Below the pieces are notes generated by a model, which made no database searches, was not told the DNA's origin, and was given only the letters and a program-made list of their open reading frames with translations. A stretch of DNA of 25,013 nucleotides from Catajapyx aquilonaris (Eukaryota): assembly GCA_000934665.2 (NCBI GenBank), contig JYFJ02001217.1, forward strand, positions 62,001 to 87,013, written 5' to 3'. This document shows positions 11,620 to 22,949 of this stretch, in pieces (position 1 is the first letter of the stretch; each line of letters starts with the position of its first letter). A program made the position numbers and the translations under genes.

Positions 11620-12870
11620 GGACAGTCAACGTTTCATAATTTATCACAGATAATGGGCAAGCAGGGAGTATTACTTGAGATTATTTACACTTGTTCGTCC
11701 GAAAAAATAAAATCAAGTGCAACTATTATGTGAACCTGAAGATGCCACACACCAAATGAAGCTACTGTAGCCAACTGAGTATTACTAAACCTCATAAGGT
11801 TCTTCATTTTCTGCCTCTTCGTAACGATATGGCTGTTATGTATGGACATAAAACCAGGAGTCTCTCTGATGGGTTTCTGGTCGGCAGGATATTTGATTAA
11901 CGTGCAAAAACGGAGAAAAAAACTTGGGTGGGCTTATAGAGTTAAAGTAGGCTATGGCCCATTTTTACAGAGTACAATATAAAATTAATCACATAAAAAC
12001 TGTTCCTTACAGCAGTTACAGGTGGAATTTTACTCTACTCTGCCTCTAACGGAACAATTCCTTCAAAATAATATGCAACTACTCCAAACCATGTGGACAA
12101 CGAATGGGATGAGAAGCATCAGGAATAAGTTATTTGTGTAAGTCATAAAAGGTGTAAGATCAATATTGTAAGATGAACTCACTTCGCTGGAATAAGAATG
12201 GCAACCGCAGCCCGGCCACCGATGCAAGCCCAGCCCGCCAACAGTCGTCGGTTCCCCTCAACACCGCCAATACTGCCGGTTGAATGCAGCAAGTCATTCG
12301 ATCGCAAGTCTTTCGTTATCCCTGCCTACCCGGCGCGGTGGTTGATGAAGAACAAGCCGTGATGTAAATGAATGAATAAATATATGGTTGACACCGATAA
12401 CACCAACACCAGCACCAGCATACGCTTTATTCGGCAGTCATTACACAGCACAATCGCAGCAGAAAGTGAGTCGTTTCGGTGTGCACAGTACGAGACACAC
12501 CACGGAGGTCCGCAAATAAAGCTCGCGATCTTCTTCTTCTTCTTCTTCTTCTTCTTCTTCTTCTTCTTCTTCTTCTTCTTCTTCTTCTTCTTTTTTGCCC
12601 GCCCAAAATATCGCGGCACACCATAACGCACAAGGGCTAGTATAGAAATGTGGTATAGCGCAGTATAGCCTGTACATTAGTGCTGTGTCCCAACTAACAA
12701 ACGAGGGGTCGCGAATCAGAGAGCAGCTAATTTTTCTGCGAGTCAAGTGAAAAAGTAGGGGCTGTGCAAGCATGTACACTTCGATGCCTGGATACTGAGG
12801 TGAATTTTCTGTAATATTATACTGCATTTGAACACACGTTCAACATATAACTTAGATGAGATAATGAAGC
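11620..12870 (-). pseudogene. IR pseudogene H (S1 to S2), interrupted by a (TTC)n microsatellite
   Basis: QYPGIEVYML ~12768-12797; after the repeat VCLVLCTPKRL and AAIV; MLVLVLVLSVSTIYLF (TM1) ~12375-12422; AGLRL; ILIL..MTYTNNLFLMLLIP ~12105-12168; LKEL ~12055-12066; FGVA and NTP.LP. Confidence 0.7.
12531..12590. repeat. Perfect (TTC)20 microsatellite followed by T6
   Basis: Directly visible: 60 bp of uninterrupted TTC. It explains the poly-K/R/E/F ORFs in the track. Confidence 0.98.
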
Positions 12871-12879
12871 ATTTACATG

Positions 12880-13360
12880 CCTTTCTTTCTGCAGAACATA
12901 CACGGAAAGATGTCTCACGCAAGGCGTTCACATCAATTGTGGCATAATCGCGGGCAAAGTGTCCTTTCACACTTCTTCCAGCGTATCGGAGAAAATGACT
13001 TTTTCCCTCTCCGGGGAGACTTTGAACTGAAACTATGATAAAATTCTGTTCACGACTGATTCTTCTTCCTCTTTCGGAAACTTTCAGTTACATCGACAGA
13101 ACTGATAAATATTTTTCCGCCCTTATATGATGAGAGGTCTATAAAAGTATGGGGATATACAGTAAAATGCCGATTATCACTAAGGCAAATGTAGAAAATT
13201 TCTTGGTTTATTAATCTTTTCACTTTCCCAAAAGCCTCCTTAATAGCGCTTATACTCCTATACGCAGCTTTCCTCGGGGCATGTCCGAAAGCCCCAGCAG
13301 AAGTATAGATAAACTTTCGAGGTTCACTGGCGGATAAGTCAATGAAGCGTCGATAGGCCC
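12880..13360 (-). pseudogene. IR fragment I (end of N-terminal domain and start of S1); paralog of fragment J
   Basis: ORF 13050-13382 gives EAFGKVKRL...FTVYPHTF...IFISS. Then KFPKE, FIIVSVQSLP and GHFARDYATI..AL, read as the FP.K / VS...P / G.DY landmarks. Confidence 0.45.
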
Positions 13361-13369
13361 TTCTTTTTA

Positions 13370-13900
13370 ACATAAAACGCACATACCGTTCAGTCGTTCA
13401 CGTATACACTGTGACATAATCTAGAGCAAAGTGGGTTTATATACTATACTCCTCCTCAGTCCTCATCCAACACAACATTACTATGATGCGCTAGTCCTTA
13501 TACAGCATAGACCTTGCAGTATCGGCTAACCTTTTCTCTCTTTTTTAACTATCCGGAAGACCTTGAACTGAAGTTCTGATAAGGAGCCACCAATTCACCA
13601 CCAATTTTCACCCTTTCGGAAACTTTAGATTTTATAGAAATTAATCAAGCATAAATATAGAGGAAGTATAAAATCGAATCTTTTTGGGTGCGTGATGGCT
13701 AAAAATGTAGACTAATATGTGGAGATATAACATTCAATACGTATTTACTAAGTCAAATTTTTAGGAAAATCTTGGCTAATGAATCACAGTGTAATTCAAT
13801 CTTACACTTCCCTGTACACACAGCCTAGGGCCTATAGGCAAAACATGCGTATACAACTTGCCCCGAATCCAATAAAGAAGTTTTCTGCAGAGTTAAAGGC
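13370..13900 (-). pseudogene. IR fragment J, tandem duplicate of fragment I
   Basis: LKFPKG...LIRTSVQGLP and HFALDYVTV. Shares nucleotide blocks with I (ctttcggaaacttt; gac.ttgaactgaa; gtg.cataatc..g.gcaaagtg; aaaat.tcttgg). Confidence 0.45.
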
Positions 13901-14079
13901 GACCCAAACATGCTCACTCAGCAAGACAATTTGCCGTCACTCTCTCTTATGTCGAACAGTACTCCATGCTCCTTCTCACAGGAGTAACAAATTGAATCCG
14001 TATCTTTATACGGCGTCTTGTGCGAGATCTGGCGCAACATGTTGCCATCCCAAACTAACGGCTGGCGGCCATCGTTAAA

Positions 14080-15100
14080 CCGCGACATGTCCCTGGTTGT
14101 ATACGGATTTGCCCTGCTTTACCTCAGCTGCATATACACCTGGTGCGATTTAGTGCAGTTTTTGGGCAATAATTTAGACCCGGAATTACTCTGAAAAAAA
14201 AAGCGCTCGGCAACAATTTTGGATTTCTTAAAAATCTAACCGGTAAGAAAATGGTATACAGGATTCCGAATCGCTATCCGAAAAAGTTGGACAGGCTCTG
14301 TATAATAAAGAGTAATAAGCGTGCACCGCACAATTCGCCTATAGCTATACACAACCAGCATTGTTACAGCAATATTGGACGGGTATCGACGTACTCGCCT
14401 ATTGCTATACGCAGTATATATGCAGAGGATCACCCATTTCGGACCATTACCATCGCAAAATTAGCAACAATTTCATAATGATCGTGCGATCCCTGCTGGT
14501 ATGCAGTATAGTGAGTTTCGTCTATATAATTATATCGTATACAGGGTGTTTCAACTTTTTTGTCCGAAGTTATCGGAAATATTGCACTAAGCTGCTACTT
14601 TGCAAGCATTTATGCCACTTCAACCTAAGATTCACAAGGAATATTACCCATACCTCCGACAAATCACTGGTTGAAAATCACTGCTTACAAAGTAGCAACT
14701 TAGTCCGTGAAATATTTCCGATAACTGTTCGGACAAAAAAGTTGAAACACCCTGCATATACGAGCATCCACATTGCTCCTGAGCGTGAGGTCATAGTAGG
14801 CCATGCCCATTGCATTCTTCAGGACGGTCCCTCACAAAATGATATACCTTTTTATATAACTCTTGATGTATAAACTCTTTTTATAGTGCTCGAAAATGAA
14901 AACAATTTTTCGACGATTGCGTGGCCAAAATTGACCTGCCCACGAGAGGATTATTATGCCCATGTAGTTTTCATCCAACTCTTCCAGATATTGGCAACGT
15001 TCGAATTGAAGGTACAGTATAACTCCTTCGAATCGTATAGCCCTTTTGTGAACCGCGGGCAGAAACGCGAGAACCACTGTCCTCAACTCTCCACCCCTGC
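14080..15100 (-). pseudogene. IR pseudogene K (S1 to M3), interrupted by a 213-bp MITE
   Basis: GELRTVVLAFLPAV ~15051-15092; NYMGI; HAIVEKL.FIFE; GTVL..AMGMA..DLTLRSNVD ~14766-14832; MITE; LTIL.PA; YEIV..F; LFRIAIR; FRVIPGL; GVYAAE. Confidence 0.5.
14542..14754. mobile_element. MITE with ~70-bp terminal inverted repeats, Tc1/mariner superfamily (CAGGGTG termini, TA target)
   Basis: Left arm cagggtgtttcaacttttttgtccgaagttatcggaaatattgcactaagctgctactttgcaagca matches the reverse complement of 14682-14754, with the first 27 bp identical and a few indels after. TA precedes it (14540-14541) and CA follows. No coding capacity. Confidence 0.9.
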
Positions 15101-15199
15101 TTCCCAGCCCCTGGCCCCTCGTTCAACGTTCTTTTTCGTGACACAAAAGTTGCCGCTTTCGGTCGAAATGAATACCTTCCCGCCCATCCCCCCGCCCAN

Positions 15200-15420
15200 G
15201 CCCTTAGCAGCACATCAATTTTCAAGTGAATTATACGACTGTCTGCAGTTGCCTCCTTCCTAAATTTGAACACGGACCCCACATCACTTTCGTTTCTATC
15301 CCGCTTACAAGTTAGTCGGATTTCATGTGGAATTTCCTGCACAATTGTTACGAGCACTGACATTGCTTGTAGTATCTCCAAATATTTAGGTATGTGTCTT
15401 TAGCCCATTCTTTTGAGCGC
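15200..15420 (-). pseudogene. IR S1 fragment L
   Basis: LEILQAMS ~15358-15381, WG, EGGN, KIDV; ends at the C-rich/N run near 15200. Confidence 0.35.
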
Positions 15421-15599
15421 AACGTCACAATGCGTCAGGCTGTCATCAACCCTCCCCGGCATCCCACGAGCGACGTAATTATTGCTCCAAGCCCCTTTAA
15501 CTCACGGGGGTCCACGAAAAAAAAACCAACCCTAATTATTCCGATCGTTATACAAGCCTGCACAGCGTAATGGTTTGCTCATACGCATAATCCCAACGA

Positions 15600-16900
15600 T
15601 TACCTTTGTATTCGCAACCGCCCGCATCACAATGTGGGCCCGACGCTAAATAACTGGTCATCCCCACAATGACGCAATGATGAAGTACATTAGCTGCTGC
15701 ACATTCTGGCAAGTCAGCGGCGCTTTTTGGCAGTCACCGTTGACAAGACGACAGCTGGAAAGCCCCCTTCGAGAGCAAGCAGGGCACGGCCAAGAGCGCA
15801 TTGAAAAGCCCCAGCAGCAGTCTGCTGCATGGATGGGTCTTGGGAAGGGCCATTTTTTTGGCACGTGGATGAATAGGGTGTGAAATTCGGGGTGCGGATC
15901 CATTCCATAAAGAAGCTTCCAAAGAGGGGGGGGGAGATCCAACTGCACCTAAACCACCTCATATTGCACGTATATAGTACGCCAAAATATTTTTAGCCTC
16001 GAGCCAAGCTCCGAAATTGAAAGTGATAGCCCCCAGCAGTATACGGGCCAGACAACCCATTCTTATTTATATATCGACAGGTCAAACTGGATCCGGTATT
16101 CAAAATGGAAAAAAAAGTGGTGTGGGTATATAGGGCGAGCATTTGAGCAGTGAGGGGGGAAAAAGGTGAGGGGAGCCATTACCGTGTTCCGCGATGCTCA
16201 GAGTGTCGGTTTGCCCCCAATTCACAGTACAGAATCCTTCAACGTTTTAAACCAGCGACGTCGACTTTCATCCCATGCCCAACATCTAACAAGCGCTAAA
16301 TGCAAATGCCAATGCAGTGAAAATTTCCACCTTCGCCCCTCTGCACATGCAAAGTTCATTTCCGCCCGTTTCCGTTACTCGCTACATTTCTATAACAGTA
16401 AAATAATGCTGGTCCAAAATTCAATAAGTGCAAATACAACAACTGAAAGCCTCCCCCCCCCCCCCCCCCCNCCCCCCCCCCTCCACAGAACGACGGTAGG
16501 TGAAAGTGTAATTTGTCAAAAGATATACGGAGGGCCCGCCGTCTTCCACTCTCCTTTTTTTCCATATATTTTTCTCTCTCCACAATCTCCCCTCCCTGCA
16601 ACTTGGGTTTCTTCTCACAATGGAGTCATTTTTTCGGGAGCTGCCTTGACGAGCTCGCGAGACTCGAGAAATGCTCCGATCCACTTATCAACTCGTTAGA
16701 TTGTGCTGACCCACTCTCCTGAGCAGCTTATGGGGGGAGAAAGGACAGATTCAGCCCAATATAATGTGCAATTGCTATAGTGGGGGGTCTCACATGATTA
16801 ATACCGGCACATTAGTTACACCACGTGATGCGGGACACCAAAATAGAGCAATTTTAACAATTGATAATTCCGTCCCGAATCTGACTCGCATTCCAGTCCC
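15600..16900 (-). pseudogene. IR pseudogene M, near-complete ligand-binding and channel region
   Basis: AIAHYIGLN; GEW...KWIGA...ELVK ~16645-16720; EREKYME ~16561-16581; Y..TNYTF.YR; GHG..RIL; TVMAPLT ~16166-16186; GRALLALEGG ~15762-15792; APLT.QNVQ..FII..VGM..LAS ~15642-15723. Confidence 0.65.
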
Positions 16901-17619
16901 ACAGCTGTTGAATCTCCAGCAGGGGCACAAAAAGTAGGGGGAACCCAAACTTCCTGCCTTTCCGCCGGTTGAGAAGCGCAATTTTTCCGTCAAGCATCGC
17001 CTTTCCAACCCCTTCTCCGTCTTTTTATCTAGAAAATTTTCTCCTGGGCCGGGAGCAGATGTTAATTTTTACTGCCCCCCTCAACTACAGCCTCGGCCCG
17101 GCGCGGCAGCAGTCCCAAGTAATTACCGGCAACGACTCCCTCTCTCCCAAAGCCTCCCCAACAATTAATGGCCGGCCTTCCTCACTCAGAAAAACTGCCG
17201 GAAACAATCGGCATCTCTCCTCCATATATATTTTTTTTAAAAAAGCCTGAAGCTTACATAAGGCATCAGGATTTCCGAACGGGGCCGCGGTGAAAAGGTG
17301 TCCGCATATAACTGAAGCAGCACCACTCCTTCCCCCGGTAGTTTCCGGTGGTAGCGACTTCATTACATGCGCGAGGAGGAAAAAGTGGAATCGTAAAGTT
17401 CTGCTGGCGGTCTTGCTCACAATCGATGCGGCCACGACAGCGCTGGAATATTAAAGCCTTCTCTCAAGCTCCGGAGCTAGTGAGTAACCTGCGTGCCCTT
17501 TGCATGCATATACATAAGGACCCCGGTTTCCTCCCACTACACCAGCACCTGCAATCTACTTTTTTTTCTCTCTCTCCCTCCCACCTTCCTCTGTGAAAAA
17601 TCAACCAAGCGTCCTCTAC

Positions 17620-18960
17620 TCTTCAAAAGCAACAAATAAATACGTTTTTTTTAAAGGGTACGCGATGCTACGAACGGATAACGCTGTACGGGAGGAATGA
17701 GAGCAATATTTTAAATTCATCGGGCTAATGTAGCCTGTTCGCGTTTCGCATTTAGTCCTCCATGCATGGCTGCGAGACTCTTAAAATGCAGCGAGATTCA
17801 TGATGCTCATCTCACGCTCTGCCAGATTATAATTATCGCCAGCTGTATAGTGAAAGCAATTGAAAAATACCTCGTGCTCAGGATCTGGCATTTTAATGCA
17901 GCTTTTATCTACATGTTGGCTGCATATTCTCCGGAACTATGAACTGCACGGAACGTCATATTCTGACACCCTGGATTTATTCAGAAGCCGCAGTGAAGTG
18001 GAAAAAAACTGCAGGCAAAATATTCTAAATTCAAATATTGCGGAGGAAGTTTCACGACAGTGTATGTCTATATGTGCCCTCCTATTTAATGATCGGCCGG
18101 CGATATGAACGCTGGACGGCCATGACCGATAATCCGATATTGTCTGAACAAAACTGCGAGAGAAACTCCTTCCTAAAATCCTTGAAAGCGGCAGTTTGTC
18201 CGTGATGAGATGAAAAGCTCGAGATAGGTGCACTGAATATGTATATATTGCACCATCAACATGATACTAAGATGCCTGCACGATATACATAATTGCATGC
18301 ACACCTGTATCTAATTGTATGCATTGCAGCACATGCTGTTGCGGATAAAAAATTTAACACCACTCGCCTATAATGCATTCATGCATTTCTTATTCCGATG
18401 CACATTTCCATTTCCTATTATTCTAACGACAGTAAAACTTGCAGAATCGGCCAGCATTTCCCTGTAGGCCTACACATGACAACGTTGCGGAAGATGCGGA
18501 AGAACAACCCGCCGTCATACTCTTCGGACGGTTCGGAGCGGGCTGAGGCGAAATACGTCTTGCCATAAGTTGGCGATAAAGTCGCAGTATCGACATGTCG
18601 AAGGCTCGATCGAGGCTGTCCTATAAACCACCGAATGCTTTCCCGCTCATTCATGTTGGACGATTCGCAGCGGGTGGGTGAATCCTTGTATTCTCTGCTA
18701 TACCATATAGAGTAGGAAGAACCTGTGCAGGAAGCAAGAACCCCCCGTACACGTTCCAATCCGTATAAATTTTACTATATAGTGGCACCCTTTCATTTCA
18801 CGACCCTTCCACTATATAACTCGCAGAAAAACGTACCAACGTACCTGACAATACAAAACAGCCACCCATAAAAATTCTTCTCCCGCAACACAATAGACTC
18901 CGACGTGCGTACCAAATCACATCCTTTGCAAATCTCGTACACCCACAAATAACCTACTGA
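17620..18960 (-). pseudogene. IR pseudogene N, near-complete
   Basis: LWVYEICKGC ~18920-18950; KGREMK.ATI ~18780-18810; YGLE..VLASCTGSSYSIW, IGQ, VDTA.LSPT, YDG.FF, W.ILQ in one frame (ORF 18418-18759); YTYSVHL.RAF ~18215-18246; DY.SW; YFSIAF; IMNL..ES..AW; PMNLK; LFVAFE ~17623-17640. Confidence 0.65.
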
Positions 18961-20229
18961 ATAATTTACCACTTAGCCATATTGTACCGGCATGTGCGGG
19001 GGAAACCAGCAGCTGCGCAATATTCCGGCAGTCATCCCTTTCACACCCTCGATATATTTTCCTTAAGCCATCCGTGGAAGGTCCGTACAGCATCTGTATT
19101 TACAAGTCACTCGGCAGCAGTGCAGCAGTGTGGATGGGCAAGCCGGTTGCAAAGGCGTTGCACAGTAAGAGCGATGACCCCATCACTTGGCTATGAAGGG
19201 GAGGGGGGTGGAAATTCCTTACTTTCCCCTGCATGGTTCCTTTCGCCTCTGTGCGACCAACTTTCCCCTCTGCCGCATGGTACGTCTCAAAAAATTTGCA
19301 CGGTAGCAGTACCTCCCGCCCACTACCCGATGGATCATCGGTCCTCTTCCCAAATCGATCACAAATCCACTGCCAATCCTGATATTTTACACCCGGTCCG
19401 CGGTTCGAGTGTCCATTGCTGTTCGGACACTCGGATCGTACCGCAGAAATCGCGCGATCAATTCCCGGGGAAATTAAGGTCAGCCCATAAAAGTGCGATT
19501 AATTATCCAGGCGCCATACACCGGTGACTTGGGGAGGGAGAGAGCTAGGTGTTGGCAAACATCGGAGAGGTCCCCTCTTTTCCCACCATCAGCTTACCAC
19601 TTGGATCATCGATCCAGCGCCCCCTGCTTCTTGCGTCTTCAGGAAATTTGATTTGCGGCGCCAATGAGAACAGCTTAATAATTGGCTCATATATTGAATT
19701 ACCATGCTAATTCCCCCGAATCATACGCGACCCCTCCCACTTCCTAACCTTCACCTCCCCAGCCAGCTTCCGGCCCTTCCATTTACAAACAAACAAAAAA
19801 TGCATAGGTCTAATCAACCAATCAGCAACCGGGGAATGACACATCCCCCTGCTCTAAAAGAGATCCGCCTCATCATAATTCCAAGCCCGGCCGGCAATTA
19901 ATGTAAACCCCCCCTCGTTTCTAATGAGCCTTGTGACAAGTGCTGGCCGGCCTCCTGATGATTGGTTCCGAATAACCTTTCCCGTGCCATCCACTCGTCC
20001 GTCTCTTTAAAGTCATCTCCGCTGCTCACAATATTCATTTATGCCGGCCCTGTCCGCGTTAAAGTGCGCTAATTGAGACCATAGCCGGCTCTCAATGTGC
20101 GTTAACCACGGCGTAATTATATGAGGCCAAATTCGTCCTTCAGCTTTATTCAATCAATGCGGACCTTTGCACCAGGTATGCGGGGCCATTTTATGCCGGT
20201 TTGTTGACACTGCTGGCTCGAAAAATACC

Positions 20230-20720
20230 TGCAAAATGTAGACAAATTTTATTTTTCGTCTCGATGTCATAAATGATGATATGTATCAGACGAAGGCAGC
20301 CTTGCACCGTTGGGAAGAGAATGGCGGAGGTGAATATTGACAGCAGCAGCCGGAGTACGAGAGGCAACATTCGCCTCCGAATTTAGCGTACAATCAGTTT
20401 AGTGAGTTTACAACTGACGTAAAACGTGTTGAATGGGCGAGGCTGTGGCCGGAAGGATGCTCCAGGCGTACAGTGAATAATAATCAACGAAATTTTGGCA
20501 AGTTTGTTTACGGCATTTAAAAAAGCATACACCCGATATTTACGAGTCCTCTGGGCCCAGAAGTTAGGTCGTGAAAGTTTAGTCCATTCACATACCTGTA
20601 GGCTAGTGAGGTTGAACAAAGTCAACTTCCACTCCATTGTTTAATTAAATATCTGCGGATATCAGTGCAGTATATTACGGAAGTACACGGTAAACCGTTA
20701 ATGACGACGGTTATCTGCTA
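20230..20720 (-). pseudogene. IR fragment O (end of N-terminal region and S1)
   Basis: RFTVYF...YLIKQWSG ~20628-20697; LNFHD; TLN; LPNGA(R for W) ~20300-20317; IIYD. Confidence 0.4.
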
Positions 20721-20913
20721 ATGTGCAAGGTTGAACAGCATACACCTTCCTCGTATAGAATTATCCCCACAGCCTTGTTCGAAATAAGTAGTTTGGTTGC
20801 TACTTCCGCTCCCTATACTCATTTTAAGTATTTAGACACCAAAAATGGCCCCGCATGGCGCATCTGGAGGCACCAATTCGAACACTTGTAAAAGCGGCAT
20901 AAATCAACTTATA

Positions 20914-20990
20914 TAGCGGAAACTTGTCTATTTCGGAACATTTACGGAACGGAGCGATTTCGATGTGTATAGTGTATACAGGTTTCACTG
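20914..20990. mobile_element. Possible decayed pogo/Tc1-type MITE (CAGTGAAACC-like termini)
   Basis: Right end tatacaggtttcactg (20975-20990) pairs imperfectly with left tagcggaaacttgtcta (20914-20930). TA on the left and TG on the right. Confidence 0.35.
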
Positions 20991-21064
20991 TGTGCGTTTC
21001 TTTACGGCTAACAATGTTTCAATCTACTTATATGCATGACCCTACCGTTTCATTCTTCGGCACC

Positions 21065-22450
21065 TTACCCATATGATTATTTCGGCATTTTCCCACAGGC
21101 TTACGAACGATAGCCCTATACCGGAAATTAATATAGTGAACATGCAAGACCCCTATAGCTCGCTTCGAGAACCAAGGATTTTGGTGCAGAAAGTGCGTGA
21201 CTGTGTCCACAACGAAAAGAATAAGAGTTCGGTCCTGCTGCACCTGGAGCTTCAAAAGTTAGCAAGAAATTACGAATTCTAAATACGGCTGTCAATTTTA
21301 TTGGGGTTTTAAATATGTAAAATACAAAACGCCTCCCCGCCGCGCCGACGATCCATTCACATTGTGTCTCTTAGCTGGTGGCACGCCGATCGCATAAATC
21401 TAACGGCAGCACCCAAGTGTTTTAAAAACTGGCGTCATATTTGGAAGCAGAGAATTATTCATGGATGTTGGAGTTGACTTGCCGAATAAGGATCGAATAT
21501 TTCCTTCGTCCCTGCTCCTTCGGGTCGAGTTCCCGGAGTCAACCCTGGTCGTGGAGCAGAGTTCTCGCTTGAACCTTCGAAAATGGCGGGTTGGGTTGCG
21601 GTGGATCAAATGTTCCTTATAGCTTCCTGATGAGGTCGAGGCTTGGTGACAAGGTATGACACACCTCATAGAGACGTGTGTGAGGTCATGCCGCTTCTTC
21701 CCGGGAAAAGCGAGGTATACGGTTTAGGGTCGGAGTCAATAGAGTAACACGGTCTTGTCATCTCAATTCAAGGTATCTCTTTACAGTGCTAGTTTTTACT
21801 TTTCTTCTTGACCATGTCACGCTACTCACGCACCTTTCGCCTCAAAAATATTGGTTCGGGTAACAAGTTAAGACGTCCTACAAATTATGCCTCTATTTCA
21901 TTTTATCATAATAAACCGCACGATGGATTGCTCCCGGACACATTAGTTAACCGCCACTGGAAACAATGCAACCAAAACTGGTCGCCATACAAGACGAGGA
22001 CAATGATCAGCTCGTGGGATTTTCCTTTTCCACACCTGCTTATGCCCTCTCCTTAAACAATATCAAGTTTAATGCACTCCCCACTTCAACTCTGGCTTAT
22101 AAATTGTCGTTACACGGATTTCCATCCTAATTCGCGGAAGGTTTTAGGAAAAGAGTAGAACTGGTGTCGCAACATAAATATAGCAATTTATGTCTTTTCC
22201 CTTGTTGGCGCCGTTACTCCCTGGGAGCCCGCGTGGGCACCTTCGGATTCTTTTGAGGACGGATCAGTGAAAATGGACGCCCACAGCAGAGGTGCATGGC
22301 CTGGGTATTTCCAATCCTCCTGTGTATTCCAAATAGCCCCTGGGTTGACCGAAATAACCAGACGCCGCCACATGCGGACGGGTGACAGGATTTACAGAAC
22401 AATGGAAGCCACATTCTTTTTTGGTATGAAAAGGCAAGTTTGGGAGAGGG
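21065..22450 (-). pseudogene. IR pseudogene P, near-complete
   Basis: EYTGGLEI ~22307-22330; GSNGANKG; LSS.LVW..VLVALF.VAV (TM1) ~21950-22003; IFLR; VLLY.....TVYLAFPG ~21697-21750; GSY.EH; LLPNMTP; ~150-bp insertion; EL(*)G..MFTILISGIGLSFVSL...AEIIIW ~21069-21163 (last TM). Confidence 0.75.
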
Positions 22451-22639
22451 TAATCTGGCCAGTGAGTCACATTTCAGAGCATATAAATCACTCTTAAGTC
22501 GGCCGTAAGTTTCACGCAAAAGTCAGGTCAAAGTCTCAGTTAACTGTGGCTAATCCCAAGAAAAATCTGGCGCAAATCCAACAAAGTCCGACGCAGAAGT
22601 AAGCTTATAGGTATAGTATAACCATCAGTTACTGGCGCC

Positions 22640-22825
22640 ATTCACTTCGAATTAATTCCACTCTTCGACCACGTAGCGTCCACTGCATTCAAAGCTCACT
22701 CGAAGTCCCTTTCAATATACCACTCTTATTCGATCCCGATCCATTCCTTATCCCTCCCATCATTCCTCATTCAATTCCCCCACACACTTCCCTTTTCAAT
22801 CACTTAAAACTCACTTAAGTCATCA
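22640..22825. repeat. G-poor degenerate low-complexity tract (ccact/cattc/ttcga units)
   Basis: Recurrent ccactctt, cattc, ttcga and cactt words with very few G on the + strand. Confidence 0.5.
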
Positions 22826-22949
22826 GTAATTTCGGCTGAATTTAATATCTTACACCTTTTGGTGCAGATACACTATACTGGTGTGTTGACCACTCTCTTG
22901 TCGATGCGACCTCTCAAATAAAAATTATGAAAATTTTCTGCTAATGATT

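Noticed and set aside
12515..12600. AATAAA plus TTC/GAA run as a LINE/SINE 3' tail
   Set aside because: Both flanks read as IR copy H, and no retroelement body or TSD is visible.
12326..12827. ORFs with poly-K, poly-R, poly-E and poly-F tracts
   Set aside because: Artefacts of the (TTC)20 microsatellite.
12995..13040. Walker A-like IIVSVQSLPGEGKS on the minus strand
   Set aside because: Lacks the first Gly, GKS is not kept in the duplicate copy, and no Walker B follows. It fits the IR S1 start instead.
21070..21243. Clean-looking minus-strand exon (ctccag ... gtaagg) with an open frame
   Set aside because: The open frame is unrecognisable, while another frame gives the IR last TM. No partner exons are identifiable.
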